Below, piece by piece: positions 38,795 through 48,293 of a stretch of DNA of 64,000 nucleotides; position 1 is the stretch's first letter; every line of letters begins with the position of its first letter. Source of the DNA: an uncultured virus (IMG/VR IMGVR_UViG_3300026963_000002) (taxonomy: Duplodnaviria > Heunggongvirae > Uroviricota > Caudoviricetes > Thumleimavirales > Hafunaviridae); IMG/VR virus record IMGVR_UViG_3300026963_000002. The stretch is one strand, 5' to 3'. The notes beneath the pieces were generated by a model. The model had not been told where the DNA came from. It was given only the letters and a program-made list of their open reading frames with translations, and made no database searches. The position numbers were made by a program, and so were the translations under genes.

Positions 38795-39241
38795 TTAGTC
38801 GGCGGGTGGTGAGCCTCTGGTGGACGGCCTCTCGTGTCGGATATGATCGGGGATTTCTACTTCGGTTCTCTCTGGTGTGATGTTACTCATCGAGTGGGGA
38901 GTCACCATCTCGCCTTTCTCGTGCATTTCGAGGTCGCCATACACGGCGATCTTGCCGCAGGAACAGCAGAACACCTTGTAGTCTCCGTAGTGGAAGGCGA
39001 CTCCGGTGTTATTGCATCCGTGGACGGTATCTCGGTTGGGGAGCTGGTCGAGCCAATCCGCGTCAATGCAGTCTTCCAGATAAATTGGCTCTTTCGTAGG
39101 GTCAACGCCGAGTAGGTCTGAGAGTTCGTTGATTACTGACACGGTGAGAGAACCCGGCCCTCTCGTGTCGTGCGCTCCCCGGCTAAGCAGATCATGTTCC
39201 TCATCAACCGCAACATGGTGGCTGTGTACCGGGTCAGGCAT
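38795..39241 (-). CDS. HalOD1 output-domain protein
   Basis: SV...LS...GVDP...L.D.ID.D.LD.L...VAF.Y..Y.V....G.I.V. Confidence 0.75.
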   Translation of the reverse strand: MPDPVHSHHVAVDEEHDLLSRGAHDTRGPGSLTVSVINELSDLLGVDPTKEPIYLEDCIDADWLDQLPNRDTVHGCNNTGVAFHYGDYKVFCCSCGKIAVYGDLEMHEKGEMVTPHSMSNITPERTEVEIPDHIRHERPSTRGSPPAD

Positions 39242-39387
39242 ACCTGTTTAGGAGAGAGTCGCGGTATTAAGACTTATCGCTCAAACTTCTTCTTAGTGTG
39301 CGATTCAGACGCATAGAATATCTGTGGAGAAAAAGCCTGATTATCTCCCTTTCTCGCTGACAAGTAGTATTTGAACACCCCCCTTCC

Positions 39388-39412
39388 TATATAAACCCTT
39401 TACCATTAATAG
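39388..39412 (+). promoter_or_regulatory. Putative late promoter, 25-bp exact repeat (copy at 59144-59168)
   Basis: TATATAAACCCTTTACCATTAATAG in both gaps. Confidence 0.75.
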
Positions 39413-39621
39413 GAGTGTAGGAGTGAAGCGACGACGAAGACCTCCTACCGATGGCTTTCTTCTCTGGATTCTGAGCTGGTGACTCAGATTCTTCTCTCTG
39501 GTTCTGTTTTACGTCGGTTTTGACTCAGGTACTTTCCTTTTCTCTACCTGAGTTTCTACTCTTTCTAACCCAAGTTAGAGGAAAACGACTCGATGCGGTG
39601 AATCACTTTACGTACAACACA

Positions 39622-40401
39622 ATGGCTCAGGCAGAAGTAACCGGCTACACGGTGCAGGAACTCGCGGAGTTACGCCACGAGTATCTTCAGACACCGAAGG
39701 CCGAGAAGGGGATTCCCTTCGATACTGCTTACTGCCTCACACGAATCGGGAAACAGCCCGAGGACTACGACGGGCCAACACGATATTGCAGTAACCGAGT
39801 AGCCCGCCTCGATGAGGGTGGGCACGCTCACTCGTGCCGATTTCACGGCGCGAATCAGAACGCCAACGGCAACAACGACAATCTCGAACTTCTCGCGGCA
39901 CTCAAACACGGAATGTACGCTACTGACGAACACTTAGAGGAGGTTTTCACCGAGGACGACCAGCGGCTCTACGACTTCGTAATGTCGTGGGCGGACGCTT
40001 ATGGCTGGCCGTCCAAGGAGGAAGACCCCGCTCGCCACGATCTGCTTGAGCAGGCGGCGATTGCTCGTGTTCGAGTAGCCCGGTCGTCCGAATACATCCT
40101 CGACGAGGGTGAGATGGACAGGCAGGAAGTGTACGATGAGAACGGGAACCTTCGCGTTATCACAGACGCGCACGGCCTCTCCGAAGACCTCCGCCTCAAG
40201 CAGAAGCTCATTCTGGACATTATGAAGGAACTTGGGCTGACGCCGAAAGAGGCGGCGAAGATGGACACGGACGAGAAGGCCGCCAGCGCAACGGAACAGC
40301 TCGCCGCTGTCGCGGCGGAGGCTGTTCTCGGCGGGGACAACTCTGACCGGGAGTTCGACCCCGACGACGACATATTCGAGGACGAAGATGGCGGAACTTG
40401 A
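39622..40401 (+). CDS. Putative terminase small subunit
   Basis: CRFHGA...GN...KHGMYA, upstream of TerL. Confidence 0.6.
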   Translation: MAQAEVTGYTVQELAELRHEYLQTPKAEKGIPFDTAYCLTRIGKQPEDYDGPTRYCSNRVARLDEGGHAHSCRFHGANQNANGNNDNLELLAALKHGMYATDEHLEEVFTEDDQRLYDFVMSWADAYGWPSKEEDPARHDLLEQAAIARVRVARSSEYILDEGEMDRQEVYDENGNLRVITDAHGLSEDLRLKQKLILDIMKELGLTPKEAAKMDTDEKAASATEQLAAVAAEAVLGGDNSDREFDPDDDIFEDEDGGT

Positions 40402-41309
40402 ACCATTCTCCGCTGGCTACGCGCTTGTTCGGGACGCGACCGTTCAGACGTGGAGCGAGCAGGAGGCTCACATGGACGTTGATCTGTACGACGATCTCGC
40501 CTTCTACCTTGGCGAGCCGGTAATCGGCATGGTCGGCGGGCTTCACTACAATTTCAGGCCCTCCGAGCAGGTTCTCAGCGATCAATGTGCGATTCCCCGG
40601 CATAACCGGGGGCGAAGGGTGGGCGGTTCTACCCTGCTGGTGCGACGGTGAATCAACTATGAATTGCTATAACTGCGGTTATCACGCCCCCAAAGGCGGG
40701 AATTGCTCCACCTGTGGCGTTCTTCTTGGGGATTTCCGCATCGAGGGGGCGACTCAAATCAATGGAAACGTCTGAAAACTCTAAGTTTAGTGTCTCTGAG
40801 GACGGCAAGCTCGTCCGAGAGGAGACTGAAGAAGCGAATTTCGAGGAAAACCTCACCTTCGAGGACTGAATCGTGACTGAGCCTTGCGAAAACTGCGACT
40901 GCGGCCTTTCTGAGCCGGATTTCGAGTACGATACGGTCGAATTTGGACTTTCACTCCCCCTCGCGTCGGTTCTGGACGGTCATATCCGTGGTTCTACGGA
41001 TGTTGACCCCGCTGACGTGGAGAAAATCGAAATCTGCGGCGATTCGATCACGATCACGGTTCAGTAGCGTTCTCCCCGACTCGATGCGGCGAATCTCTCT
41101 TTATGAACCCCTATGAGCCGGTGAAGGTGTCTAAATCGGAAGCATACCCCCGAACTAATACTCCGTTGGACGGCGAAGCCGTCGGATTGGAGTTTGGTGA
41201 CTCCGGCGCGGAGCCGCCTCGGTATCTCGTCGAGGATTCCCGCAACTGGTATGCGTGGATTGAGGCGCTGGACGGCGATTCTTACGTCAATTTAGACAAC
41301 ATTCGGTAG
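40388..41309 (+). CDS. Cluster of small hypothetical genes (40388-40651, 40659-40775 CxxC, 40873-41067, 41103-41309)
   Basis: Packed small ORFs between TerS and TerL. Confidence 0.5.
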
Positions 41310-41315
41310 TTTTTC

Positions 41316-43007
41316 ATGCAGGAAATAGCTGAGGAGTTCGCCTCCGAGAGCGATGCTGACGTTGACGCATTGCTTGAGAGGTGGGATGGACGGCCCGATC
41401 TTCTCGCAGAGGACATTCTCCGGGCGAAGAATCTGGAAACGGACGAAATTGAGCCGCTAACGCTCTTTCGACCGTACCAGCCCCGGATTATGCACGCCTA
41501 CTTCTACGGCGGCTCGAAGATTCTGAACATCTACAAGGGCCGTCGTATCGGCGTTTCCTACGTAATTGGGATTTGTATTCTACTTGAGGCGCTTCTCAAG
41601 CCGGATACGTTCTATCCGATTCTCTCGAAGACGAAGGGGCAGTCGAACTCGCGGATTAGCGACATTAAGACGCTAATCAAGAACGCGAAGATCGATATTG
41701 AGCTGGAGAAGGACAATCAGGACGAGATTGTTCTCTCGAACGGGTCGCGTATCAAGGCGTACACGGGCGACCCGGACTCCGCTCGTGGTGAAGACCCGCC
41801 GAAGACGGTCTTTATTGACGAGATGGCATTCCTCGAAGACCAGAGCGCCACCCTCGATGCGTACCTACCCACCATCAGTCTCGGTTCGAGTCAGATGGTT
41901 CAGGTGTCCACTCCGAAGGCGTCGAACGACGAGTTCATGCAGGCGAACGAGCGGGGGACACCGGACGGTCGCAACGACTTCGGGATTCTCGCGCTGAAAC
42001 AGCCGACGTTCAAGAACGCGGACGAGATCGAGACGGACGTTTCCCTGTTCGAGCAGGACGTGGAACCCGTCCGGGGCGACTTTGACTTGATGGCGGCGGA
42101 GACTCAGCGAGCCAGCGACCCCAACGGCTTCGCACAAGAGTATCTGTGCCGCCCTGTGAGCGACGAGTACCGCTTCTTCTCGATGCCCACCATAGAGGTC
42201 GCAATGGGGCGGGGGGCCGCTGAGGATTACTCCTACGGCCTCAGGCGGTACGAGACGACGAACACGCTGGTCATGGGAGTGGACATTGGGTTCAACTCCG
42301 ACGACACGGCGCTGGCTGTCTTCGAGCATGAAGGCCCGCGTCGGTACTGCCGGTACAAGGAGATCGTGAACGACCGCGTGCTTTCGCAGGCGGGAATCAC
42401 TCCATCGAGTCGGCAGAACCCGGCGGCGGTGGCCGAACGTATCTCTCAGGTCTATCACGCGATGGGCGTTTCCAACGTCGTGATGGACATGACGGGCGTG
42501 GGACAGGGGTTCCACGACGAGGTTCGGCGTCGTATCGGGCGGGCCTACACGGGCTTCAATTTCTCCGCGAAGGACAAGGTGGAGAAGATGATGGGCAACA
42601 TGAATTATGCCCTTCACAACGATCTCGTGTGGCTTCCCGAGGACGAACCCCTCCGTGAACAGCTCGGCGCGATTGTCAAACAGCAGAAAGAGGATTGGCA
42701 GAAGCCGAAGTTCACCGGGAAGGAACACGCCCCGGAGGGGAAGGACGACCTCGCTATGGCGACGGTTCTTGCGGCGTTCCCTCCGAACTTCAAGGCCGAC
42801 AAGTCACGAAATCTCCAACAGCGGGAGGAAGTAACCCCTCCGGTTCAGGTGGAAGAACCACAGGAACGCGACGGATGGGCGGGGTTGAAGATCAGCGGGC
42901 AGTCCTCGGGCGGTCGCGGGTATTCTCTCTCACACGGGCGCAAGGAACGCGGTTACAGCTCACGACACAAACGCCGTGCAACTGGAAGGCGGCGACGGAA
43001 GTTCTAA
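41316..43007 (+). CDS. terL: Terminase large subunit
   Basis: YQ, KGRRIGVS, ARG, FIDEMAF, STP, GVDIG, DMTGVG, DDLAMA. Confidence 0.93.
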   Translation: MQEIAEEFASESDADVDALLERWDGRPDLLAEDILRAKNLETDEIEPLTLFRPYQPRIMHAYFYGGSKILNIYKGRRIGVSYVIGICILLEALLKPDTFYPILSKTKGQSNSRISDIKTLIKNAKIDIELEKDNQDEIVLSNGSRIKAYTGDPDSARGEDPPKTVFIDEMAFLEDQSATLDAYLPTISLGSSQMVQVSTPKASNDEFMQANERGTPDGRNDFGILALKQPTFKNADEIETDVSLFEQDVEPVRGDFDLMAAETQRASDPNGFAQEYLCRPVSDEYRFFSMPTIEVAMGRGAAEDYSYGLRRYETTNTLVMGVDIGFNSDDTALAVFEHEGPRRYCRYKEIVNDRVLSQAGITPSSRQNPAAVAERISQVYHAMGVSNVVMDMTGVGQGFHDEVRRRIGRAYTGFNFSAKDKVEKMMGNMNYALHNDLVWLPEDEPLREQLGAIVKQQKEDWQKPKFTGKEHAPEGKDDLAMATVLAAFPPNFKADKSRNLQQREEVTPPVQVEEPQERDGWAGLKISGQSSGGRGYSLSHGRKERGYSSRHKRRATGRRRRKF

Positions 43008-43021
43008 TCTACTCTCTTTAA

Positions 43022-44461
43022 ATGACTACTGGAAATTTTGTTGACCCTCCCGAGGAGGGCGAGCGGATGGACTTCGCCGCCGACTCCCCGAAGGGGGCCA
43101 TTAAGGAAAGCGGACAAGGCGGTGGGAGTCGATTCACCGGCCCTCGATCATCTGAGGCTCCCAAGTCGGAGATTCAGAAGAATCGGGATATTGTTCGTAC
43201 CGACCCTCACGTTCACGAGGGTCTTTACACGCTCATTGACTGGCTCTGCGGTGACGGCTTCAACATCTCACCTCGGAACGTCCCCGGAACGGGGATGGAG
43301 CAGACCGAGGAGGATATTGCGCCCATCGCGCTTCTTCTACACAACTCGGAGTTTTGGCGCGTGTTCAACCAATGGGTTGAGTACGCGGCTCAGGACGGTC
43401 ACTCGTTCATGGAGCTGGTCGTGGAAGACGAGCGGTTCCGACCGCGCGTTCTCCCGACCGAGCGGATGCACAAGAAGACGGACGAGTACGGGTTCGTTAC
43501 GAAGTACGCTCTGGAACCGCCGGGTGGCGGTGGGCCGGACGATGATGATGCGACGGTCTACGACCCGCACGAGGTCGCTGAGCTTTGGTTCACGAAAGAC
43601 CCCGCCGAGGACTTCGGGCGGTCGTTCGTCGAGCCGATTCAGGAGCAGGCGGATATGCTCCGCGACATGGAGTTCGACTACGCCCGGTTCGTAGCGACGA
43701 AGGCGTACCCGCCCGTGCTGTGGAAGCTCGGGACAGAGGAGGAGCAATGGTCGGAAGACCAAATCTCCGGGTGGTTGGACACCGTGGAGCAGATCGAGCC
43801 GGATTCGATGCTCGCGGCTCCCCACGATGTTGAGTCCGAGATCGTCGGCGTGACCTCTACTTCATCGACGGCGGGGGCTATGAAGCTCGAAGGGACGTTC
43901 GAGCATCTTCAGAACCGCATTATCACGGGCCTCGGGATTCCGGCGCTCCTGATGAATATGGGCGGTTCGACGGGCGAAGCGACCGCCTCGATGCCTGCCT
44001 TCAAGCGGCGTATCAAGCGGCTTCAGAACATCATTAAGTCGGCTGTTGAGAACCAGATTCTCAAGTCGCTGATGGTGGAGTCGTCTCTTGATGAGTTCGA
44101 CGGCGTAGTTCCCGAATTTGAGTTCGGTGAACACTCGTCGGCTGAGAAGCGGCTTGAGATTGATAAGCTCATCAAGCTCTATCAGTCCGGGTTCCTCACT
44201 CGTGAGGCGTTCGCTGAGCGGGCTGGCATCGACCCCGAGGTTGAACTGCCGTCCCCCGACCAGCTCACGGGCGAGATTATTCCGCTTATCACGGAACTCG
44301 CCGGGCGTGGCGACAGGGTTCAGAACCCTGATGGTGGGCGTCCGACTGACACCGGGACTGGTGTGGAGTCGGCGGGTGGGGAGGTCAAGTCCCGAGAGTC
44401 GGGACGAGACAGCTCGAATGAGCGTAATCGGCAGTCCATCACGGAGGATGAAAACGCCTAA
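43022..44461 (+). CDS. Portal protein
   Basis: Follows TerL; size; FGRS, LGIP, EKR...G.LT.E.. portal-like pattern. Confidence 0.85.
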   Translation: MTTGNFVDPPEEGERMDFAADSPKGAIKESGQGGGSRFTGPRSSEAPKSEIQKNRDIVRTDPHVHEGLYTLIDWLCGDGFNISPRNVPGTGMEQTEEDIAPIALLLHNSEFWRVFNQWVEYAAQDGHSFMELVVEDERFRPRVLPTERMHKKTDEYGFVTKYALEPPGGGGPDDDDATVYDPHEVAELWFTKDPAEDFGRSFVEPIQEQADMLRDMEFDYARFVATKAYPPVLWKLGTEEEQWSEDQISGWLDTVEQIEPDSMLAAPHDVESEIVGVTSTSSTAGAMKLEGTFEHLQNRIITGLGIPALLMNMGGSTGEATASMPAFKRRIKRLQNIIKSAVENQILKSLMVESSLDEFDGVVPEFEFGEHSSAEKRLEIDKLIKLYQSGFLTREAFAERAGIDPEVELPSPDQLTGEIIPLITELAGRGDRVQNPDGGRPTDTGTGVESAGGEVKSRESGRDSSNERNRQSITEDENA

Positions 44462-44745
44462 TGCCCGCTGACCCCCCGGATGGAGACTCCGAGGTGAAAC
44501 TCCTCAAGAGTATTCTGAGTGAGATTCAAGACCTAAACTCACAGCTTGCTCGTACAGACGAGCGTTCTCGAAATAACCGCGAACAAGTGGAGAATCTGCG
44601 CGACAATCGGATTGTCCCGATGGAAGCGGCTGTTGAGAAGAACGATAACCGTAGTCGGCGCAACTCCCTGATTATCGGGGCGTTCGTGACGGCGCTTACT
44701 CTCGGTTTTGGGGCGGCTGTGACGTATCTCTTTACTCTACTATGA
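44461..44745 (+). CDS. Coiled-coil protein with C-terminal transmembrane helix
   Basis: LIIGAFVTALTLGFGAAVTYLFTLL. Confidence 0.7.
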   Translation: MPADPPDGDSEVKLLKSILSEIQDLNSQLARTDERSRNNREQVENLRDNRIVPMEAAVEKNDNRSRRNSLIIGAFVTALTLGFGAAVTYLFTLL

Positions 44746-45503
44746 GTCTCGATCTACACGAAATCGAATTTTCTACCAGTACCGATTCCCCGCCCGACGA
44801 TAAGCCGACGCCGGTTGATTCCAACGCTCAGCTTGAGTTTACTGCCGGGCGGCACTTCCCCGAGTCCGTTGACCTCGATGGGTTCAACGAGTACGGGGTG
44901 CGTGAGAACCGCGACGACGAGGGCGATCTCCTGTCGGTTGACGTTGTGTACGAAGCAATGGAACCCGGCCCGCCCGAAGCCCGGAACGGCGTTCGTATCA
45001 CGGACACGTTTCTGCGGAAGGTCGCGGAGAAGAACTACTCGGGACAGGAGCCGTATATGCTCGGCCACTCCGACCGCCCGCTGGACGAGATTGGTAAAGT
45101 CCAGAAGGTGTGGTTCGAGGAGTCGGTCAGCAAGCTGATGCTGATGAATCGGGTGTTCAACACGGGCGCTCCGACCCACGACGAAGTGGTGAAGCGCCTG
45201 ACGTACACCCCGCCGACGATGACCGATGGCTCGGTCGGGTTCGGTAATCAGTATGAAGCTGTGGTGAACGACGACGGAGAGCCTGAACTCATCGACGGGC
45301 AGATTCGAGAGTTCAGTACCGTCCCGTTCCCCGGAGGCTACGATGAAGGTGGGCTTGGACTTCCGAGCGCCGCCTTCGCAGAACACATCATGGAGCAGAT
45401 GAACGCCGCTGTCGATGATGAGGACGAAGCCAACCCCCTCGATGTGGGGGAGTCCTCGGAGAACTCGGCCTTCTCTGTCCGCACGGAGACTATCTCCTTC
45501 TAA
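44742..45503 (+). CDS. Prohead protease
   Basis: MLGH...IG, SVGF, EFSTVPFPG. Confidence 0.8.
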   Translation: MSLDLHEIEFSTSTDSPPDDKPTPVDSNAQLEFTAGRHFPESVDLDGFNEYGVRENRDDEGDLLSVDVVYEAMEPGPPEARNGVRITDTFLRKVAEKNYSGQEPYMLGHSDRPLDEIGKVQKVWFEESVSKLMLMNRVFNTGAPTHDEVVKRLTYTPPTMTDGSVGFGNQYEAVVNDDGEPELIDGQIREFSTVPFPGGYDEGGLGLPSAAFAEHIMEQMNAAVDDEDEANPLDVGESSENSAFSVRTETISF

Positions 45504-45509
45504 CTAACT

Positions 45510-45935
45510 ATGGATTTCCAGAAGGTTACTTTCGACACCGACCTCGATGAGATGGAGGCTGACGAGCTTGCTTCGCTCGTTCGTCAGTTCTCTGAGGCAC
45601 AGGAACAGAATATTGCGGAGTTCGAGCAGGCCAGCGAGACTATCGAAGGTCTTGAGGGTCGCGTCTCGGAGGTTCAGGAGTTCGACGCTGAACTGACGGA
45701 CGAGCTTGCCGAAGCCTCGCCTCTTGGTGAGGATGAGCTGGCGGCGTTCTCGATCTCGCGGAAGCGCGAGCTTCTTGCTGAGTTCGCTGAGGCGGACGAG
45801 GATGAGGAGGAGGACGACGAGGACGAGGAGGCCGAGTTCTCTGACATGGGCCAGCGCGGTGAGACGCACGACGAAGACGCGAAGGCAGACTTCGCAAAGG
45901 AGTACCTCGGAGATATTCCGGGGCTTGGCTTCTAA
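45510..45935 (+). CDS. Scaffold-like protein
   Basis: Acidic coiled coil after protease. Confidence 0.65.
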   Translation: MDFQKVTFDTDLDEMEADELASLVRQFSEAQEQNIAEFEQASETIEGLEGRVSEVQEFDAELTDELAEASPLGEDELAAFSISRKRELLAEFAEADEDEEEDDEDEEAEFSDMGQRGETHDEDAKADFAKEYLGDIPGLGF

Positions 45936-45957
45936 ACAAAGGAATTTCTGATATATA

Positions 45958-46473
45958 ATGGCTAACTTCAAGTTCGCTAAGTTCAAGGACACGCCGCTGA
46001 ACCGCGACGGTGAAACTCTCGACCCCGAAGCCGCTCTCCCTCTGCTTGAGGGCGACGTTGTGGGTCTGGACGCGGACGTTGATGGGAACACCATCGTCGT
46101 CCCCGCCGACGCTGACGCTGGCGTTGCACAGCCCGCTATTGGTGTGCTGATGGAGGACGTGCGCGACCGTTCGTACTGGTCGGCCACGCTCCACGACAAC
46201 GGCACGATGGGTCGCCGCCTCGACGACGCCTACGACAAGGAGCGCACGCAGGCTGGCGACGAAGTGACGTACTTCACCCACGGCATCTACCTCGAAGACG
46301 AGGACGCTACGGTGGACTTCACCCCGAACGAGCCGGTCTATCTCGGCGTCGGCGGCGGCGTCACTCAGACCGCTCCGAGCGCATCGGGCGAACTGGTGCA
46401 GTACCTCGGGGTTGCCGTCAACGCGACCACGTTCCTTCTGGACGTGAACCACGAGTACGAGACGCTGGCATAG
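45958..46473 (+). CDS. Capsid decoration/cement protein
   Basis: GDVV...PADAD..PAIGV...VYL..GG.T.TAP; before MCP. Confidence 0.7.
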   Translation: MANFKFAKFKDTPLNRDGETLDPEAALPLLEGDVVGLDADVDGNTIVVPADADAGVAQPAIGVLMEDVRDRSYWSATLHDNGTMGRRLDDAYDKERTQAGDEVTYFTHGIYLEDEDATVDFTPNEPVYLGVGGGVTQTAPSASGELVQYLGVAVNATTFLLDVNHEYETLA

Positions 46474-46514
46474 AGTACCAGCCTAAAGACTTAATCTCTA
46501 TCTTCTAACTCTTT

Positions 46515-47468
46515 ATGGTTAACCGCGAAATCTTCACTAAGGACGACGTTCCGCTTGTCGAGATTGCTGAGCAGACTCAGAATCTCGTTGACTACTTTAA
46601 CGAGGCTGACCGCCCGTTCCGCGACCTGTTCGTTGAGCAGGTCGATCAGCAGACCTTCCTTCAGGAAATCGAGGCTGAGCCGGGCGAGTGGGAAAAGCTG
46701 AGTGAGGGCGAGTTCCCCGGCACGACTCGCGCCGACGACGACGACTACCTCCAGATGACCATTCGCACGAGCGAATACGGGAAGTCGCTCGGGTTCACTC
46801 AGCGGTTCCTCGAAAAGTCCACCAGCGAACACATTATGAAGCAGGTTCGTAATGTGCTGGCTGAGGGCAAGGAAACGGAAGACCGCATCATCCACGATGT
46901 GATCTTCAACGGCATCGCTGACGGTAGCGAGCCGGTCTGGTTCGACGTTCCCGACCACGGCGAGTACGGCTTCGACCGCACGCACTCCCACGTCTTCTCG
47001 GGCACGGACGACCTGCTCGGAGAGACTTCGGCCCGTGCGAGCGAACACATCGAGTATGCGGCTGACGAGCTTCGCCACCACGGGTGGAACGGGCAGAAGG
47101 TCGCGCTCATGTCCATCGACCTGAAGCGAAAGCTTCGCAACGAGCTGTCGTGGGACATGGACTACCACATCCCGATGGCGACCGGGATGCGGAGTCAGGA
47201 CGTGCGTGAGCAGACGTTCAGCATCGACGGTGTTGAGCTGATGACTACGCCGTACCTCCGTGGCGACGAGTTCTACGTTATCGGCGTCGGTGAGAACCCG
47301 GTCAAGGAATACATCGACCGCCCGATGCAGGTCACGCGCCCCACGGGTGGCCCTGCGACCGAGCCGGGTGAGATCATCAACGCCAGCGGCACGATGTCGT
47401 TCGGTGTCAGCATGACGAACCCGCTCGGCGCTGTCCACTTCACGGGCGAGAGCGCGAACTTCTCGTAG
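46515..47468 (+). CDS. Major capsid protein (HK97 fold)
   Basis: Position, size, LSEGE...YGK...T pattern. Confidence 0.85.
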   Translation: MVNREIFTKDDVPLVEIAEQTQNLVDYFNEADRPFRDLFVEQVDQQTFLQEIEAEPGEWEKLSEGEFPGTTRADDDDYLQMTIRTSEYGKSLGFTQRFLEKSTSEHIMKQVRNVLAEGKETEDRIIHDVIFNGIADGSEPVWFDVPDHGEYGFDRTHSHVFSGTDDLLGETSARASEHIEYAADELRHHGWNGQKVALMSIDLKRKLRNELSWDMDYHIPMATGMRSQDVREQTFSIDGVELMTTPYLRGDEFYVIGVGENPVKEYIDRPMQVTRPTGGPATEPGEIINASGTMSFGVSMTNPLGAVHFTGESANFS

Positions 47469-47512
47469 ACGGGCGAGCAGTTCGAGTTCGACTTTTCTTT
47501 TTCGTACTTTCA

Positions 47513-47953
47513 ATGGCAACTGACGATACTACACTCAAATCTGAAGTCCGGGCGTTCACCGGCATCGAGGAGTCTCGAATCTCCGATGGGGAGATGGATG
47601 CTGTCGTTTCGGACGCTAAGCGGCATATCAAGCTCCGAACCTCACTCCACGAGTCCGAGATCAACTGGTATGGCGACCCGGCTCAGGAAGAAGCCCTCAA
47701 TTGGGCTACCAAGCTTTTCCTCAAGGTTGCCGCAGGCGAACTCGATGCTCAGACCGTTCAGGTAGGCGCGATTGACAACAAGGCACTTCTCGCCAAGCGG
47801 AACAACGAGACGACCGTTTGGTATCGGAATATGGAGAGCGCCATTCGCCGGATTACCAAGCCCGGCGCGGCGTTCGGTCTTTCCTCTGTCTCTCGGACTG
47901 ACCGGGAGTACGGTACTGACGAGGAGGACGACTCTGGTAGCGTCTCTCTCTGA
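47513..47953 (+). CDS. Head-tail adaptor
   Basis: Synteny, helical. Confidence 0.65.
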   Translation: MATDDTTLKSEVRAFTGIEESRISDGEMDAVVSDAKRHIKLRTSLHESEINWYGDPAQEEALNWATKLFLKVAAGELDAQTVQVGAIDNKALLAKRNNETTVWYRNMESAIRRITKPGAAFGLSSVSRTDREYGTDEEDDSGSVSL

Positions 47954-47955
47954 TT

Positions 47956-48291
47956 ATGCGACGGCAAGCTCACGCGGCGATTGACCGTCTTGGGAAAGAC
48001 GTCGACGTTCTCATCGAGGGGAAGGCCGGGGTTGACGAGTTTAACAATCCCGAGTATGACTGGATACTCTCTCACACCACTCGATGCGTTAGAACATATC
48101 CGAATCGGAACACGGAGTTGAACAATCGGGGCGGCCCCCGGAAGCGCGATCACCCGGTGTTCCTTTTCGCACGCGACGACGCCCCCGGTGGCAACGACCG
48201 GATTCGGTACGACGGGGTTCTCTACGAACTTGAGTCCCCGACCGTGTACGACACTCACGTTGCGATTTTCGGCAAGAAGGTTTCTGAATAG
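47956..48291 (+). CDS. Head-closure protein
   Basis: DEFNNP...DRI.YDG..YE. Confidence 0.65.
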   Translation: MRRQAHAAIDRLGKDVDVLIEGKAGVDEFNNPEYDWILSHTTRCVRTYPNRNTELNNRGGPRKRDHPVFLFARDDAPGGNDRIRYDGVLYELESPTVYDTHVAIFGKKVSE

Positions 48292-48293
48292 CG

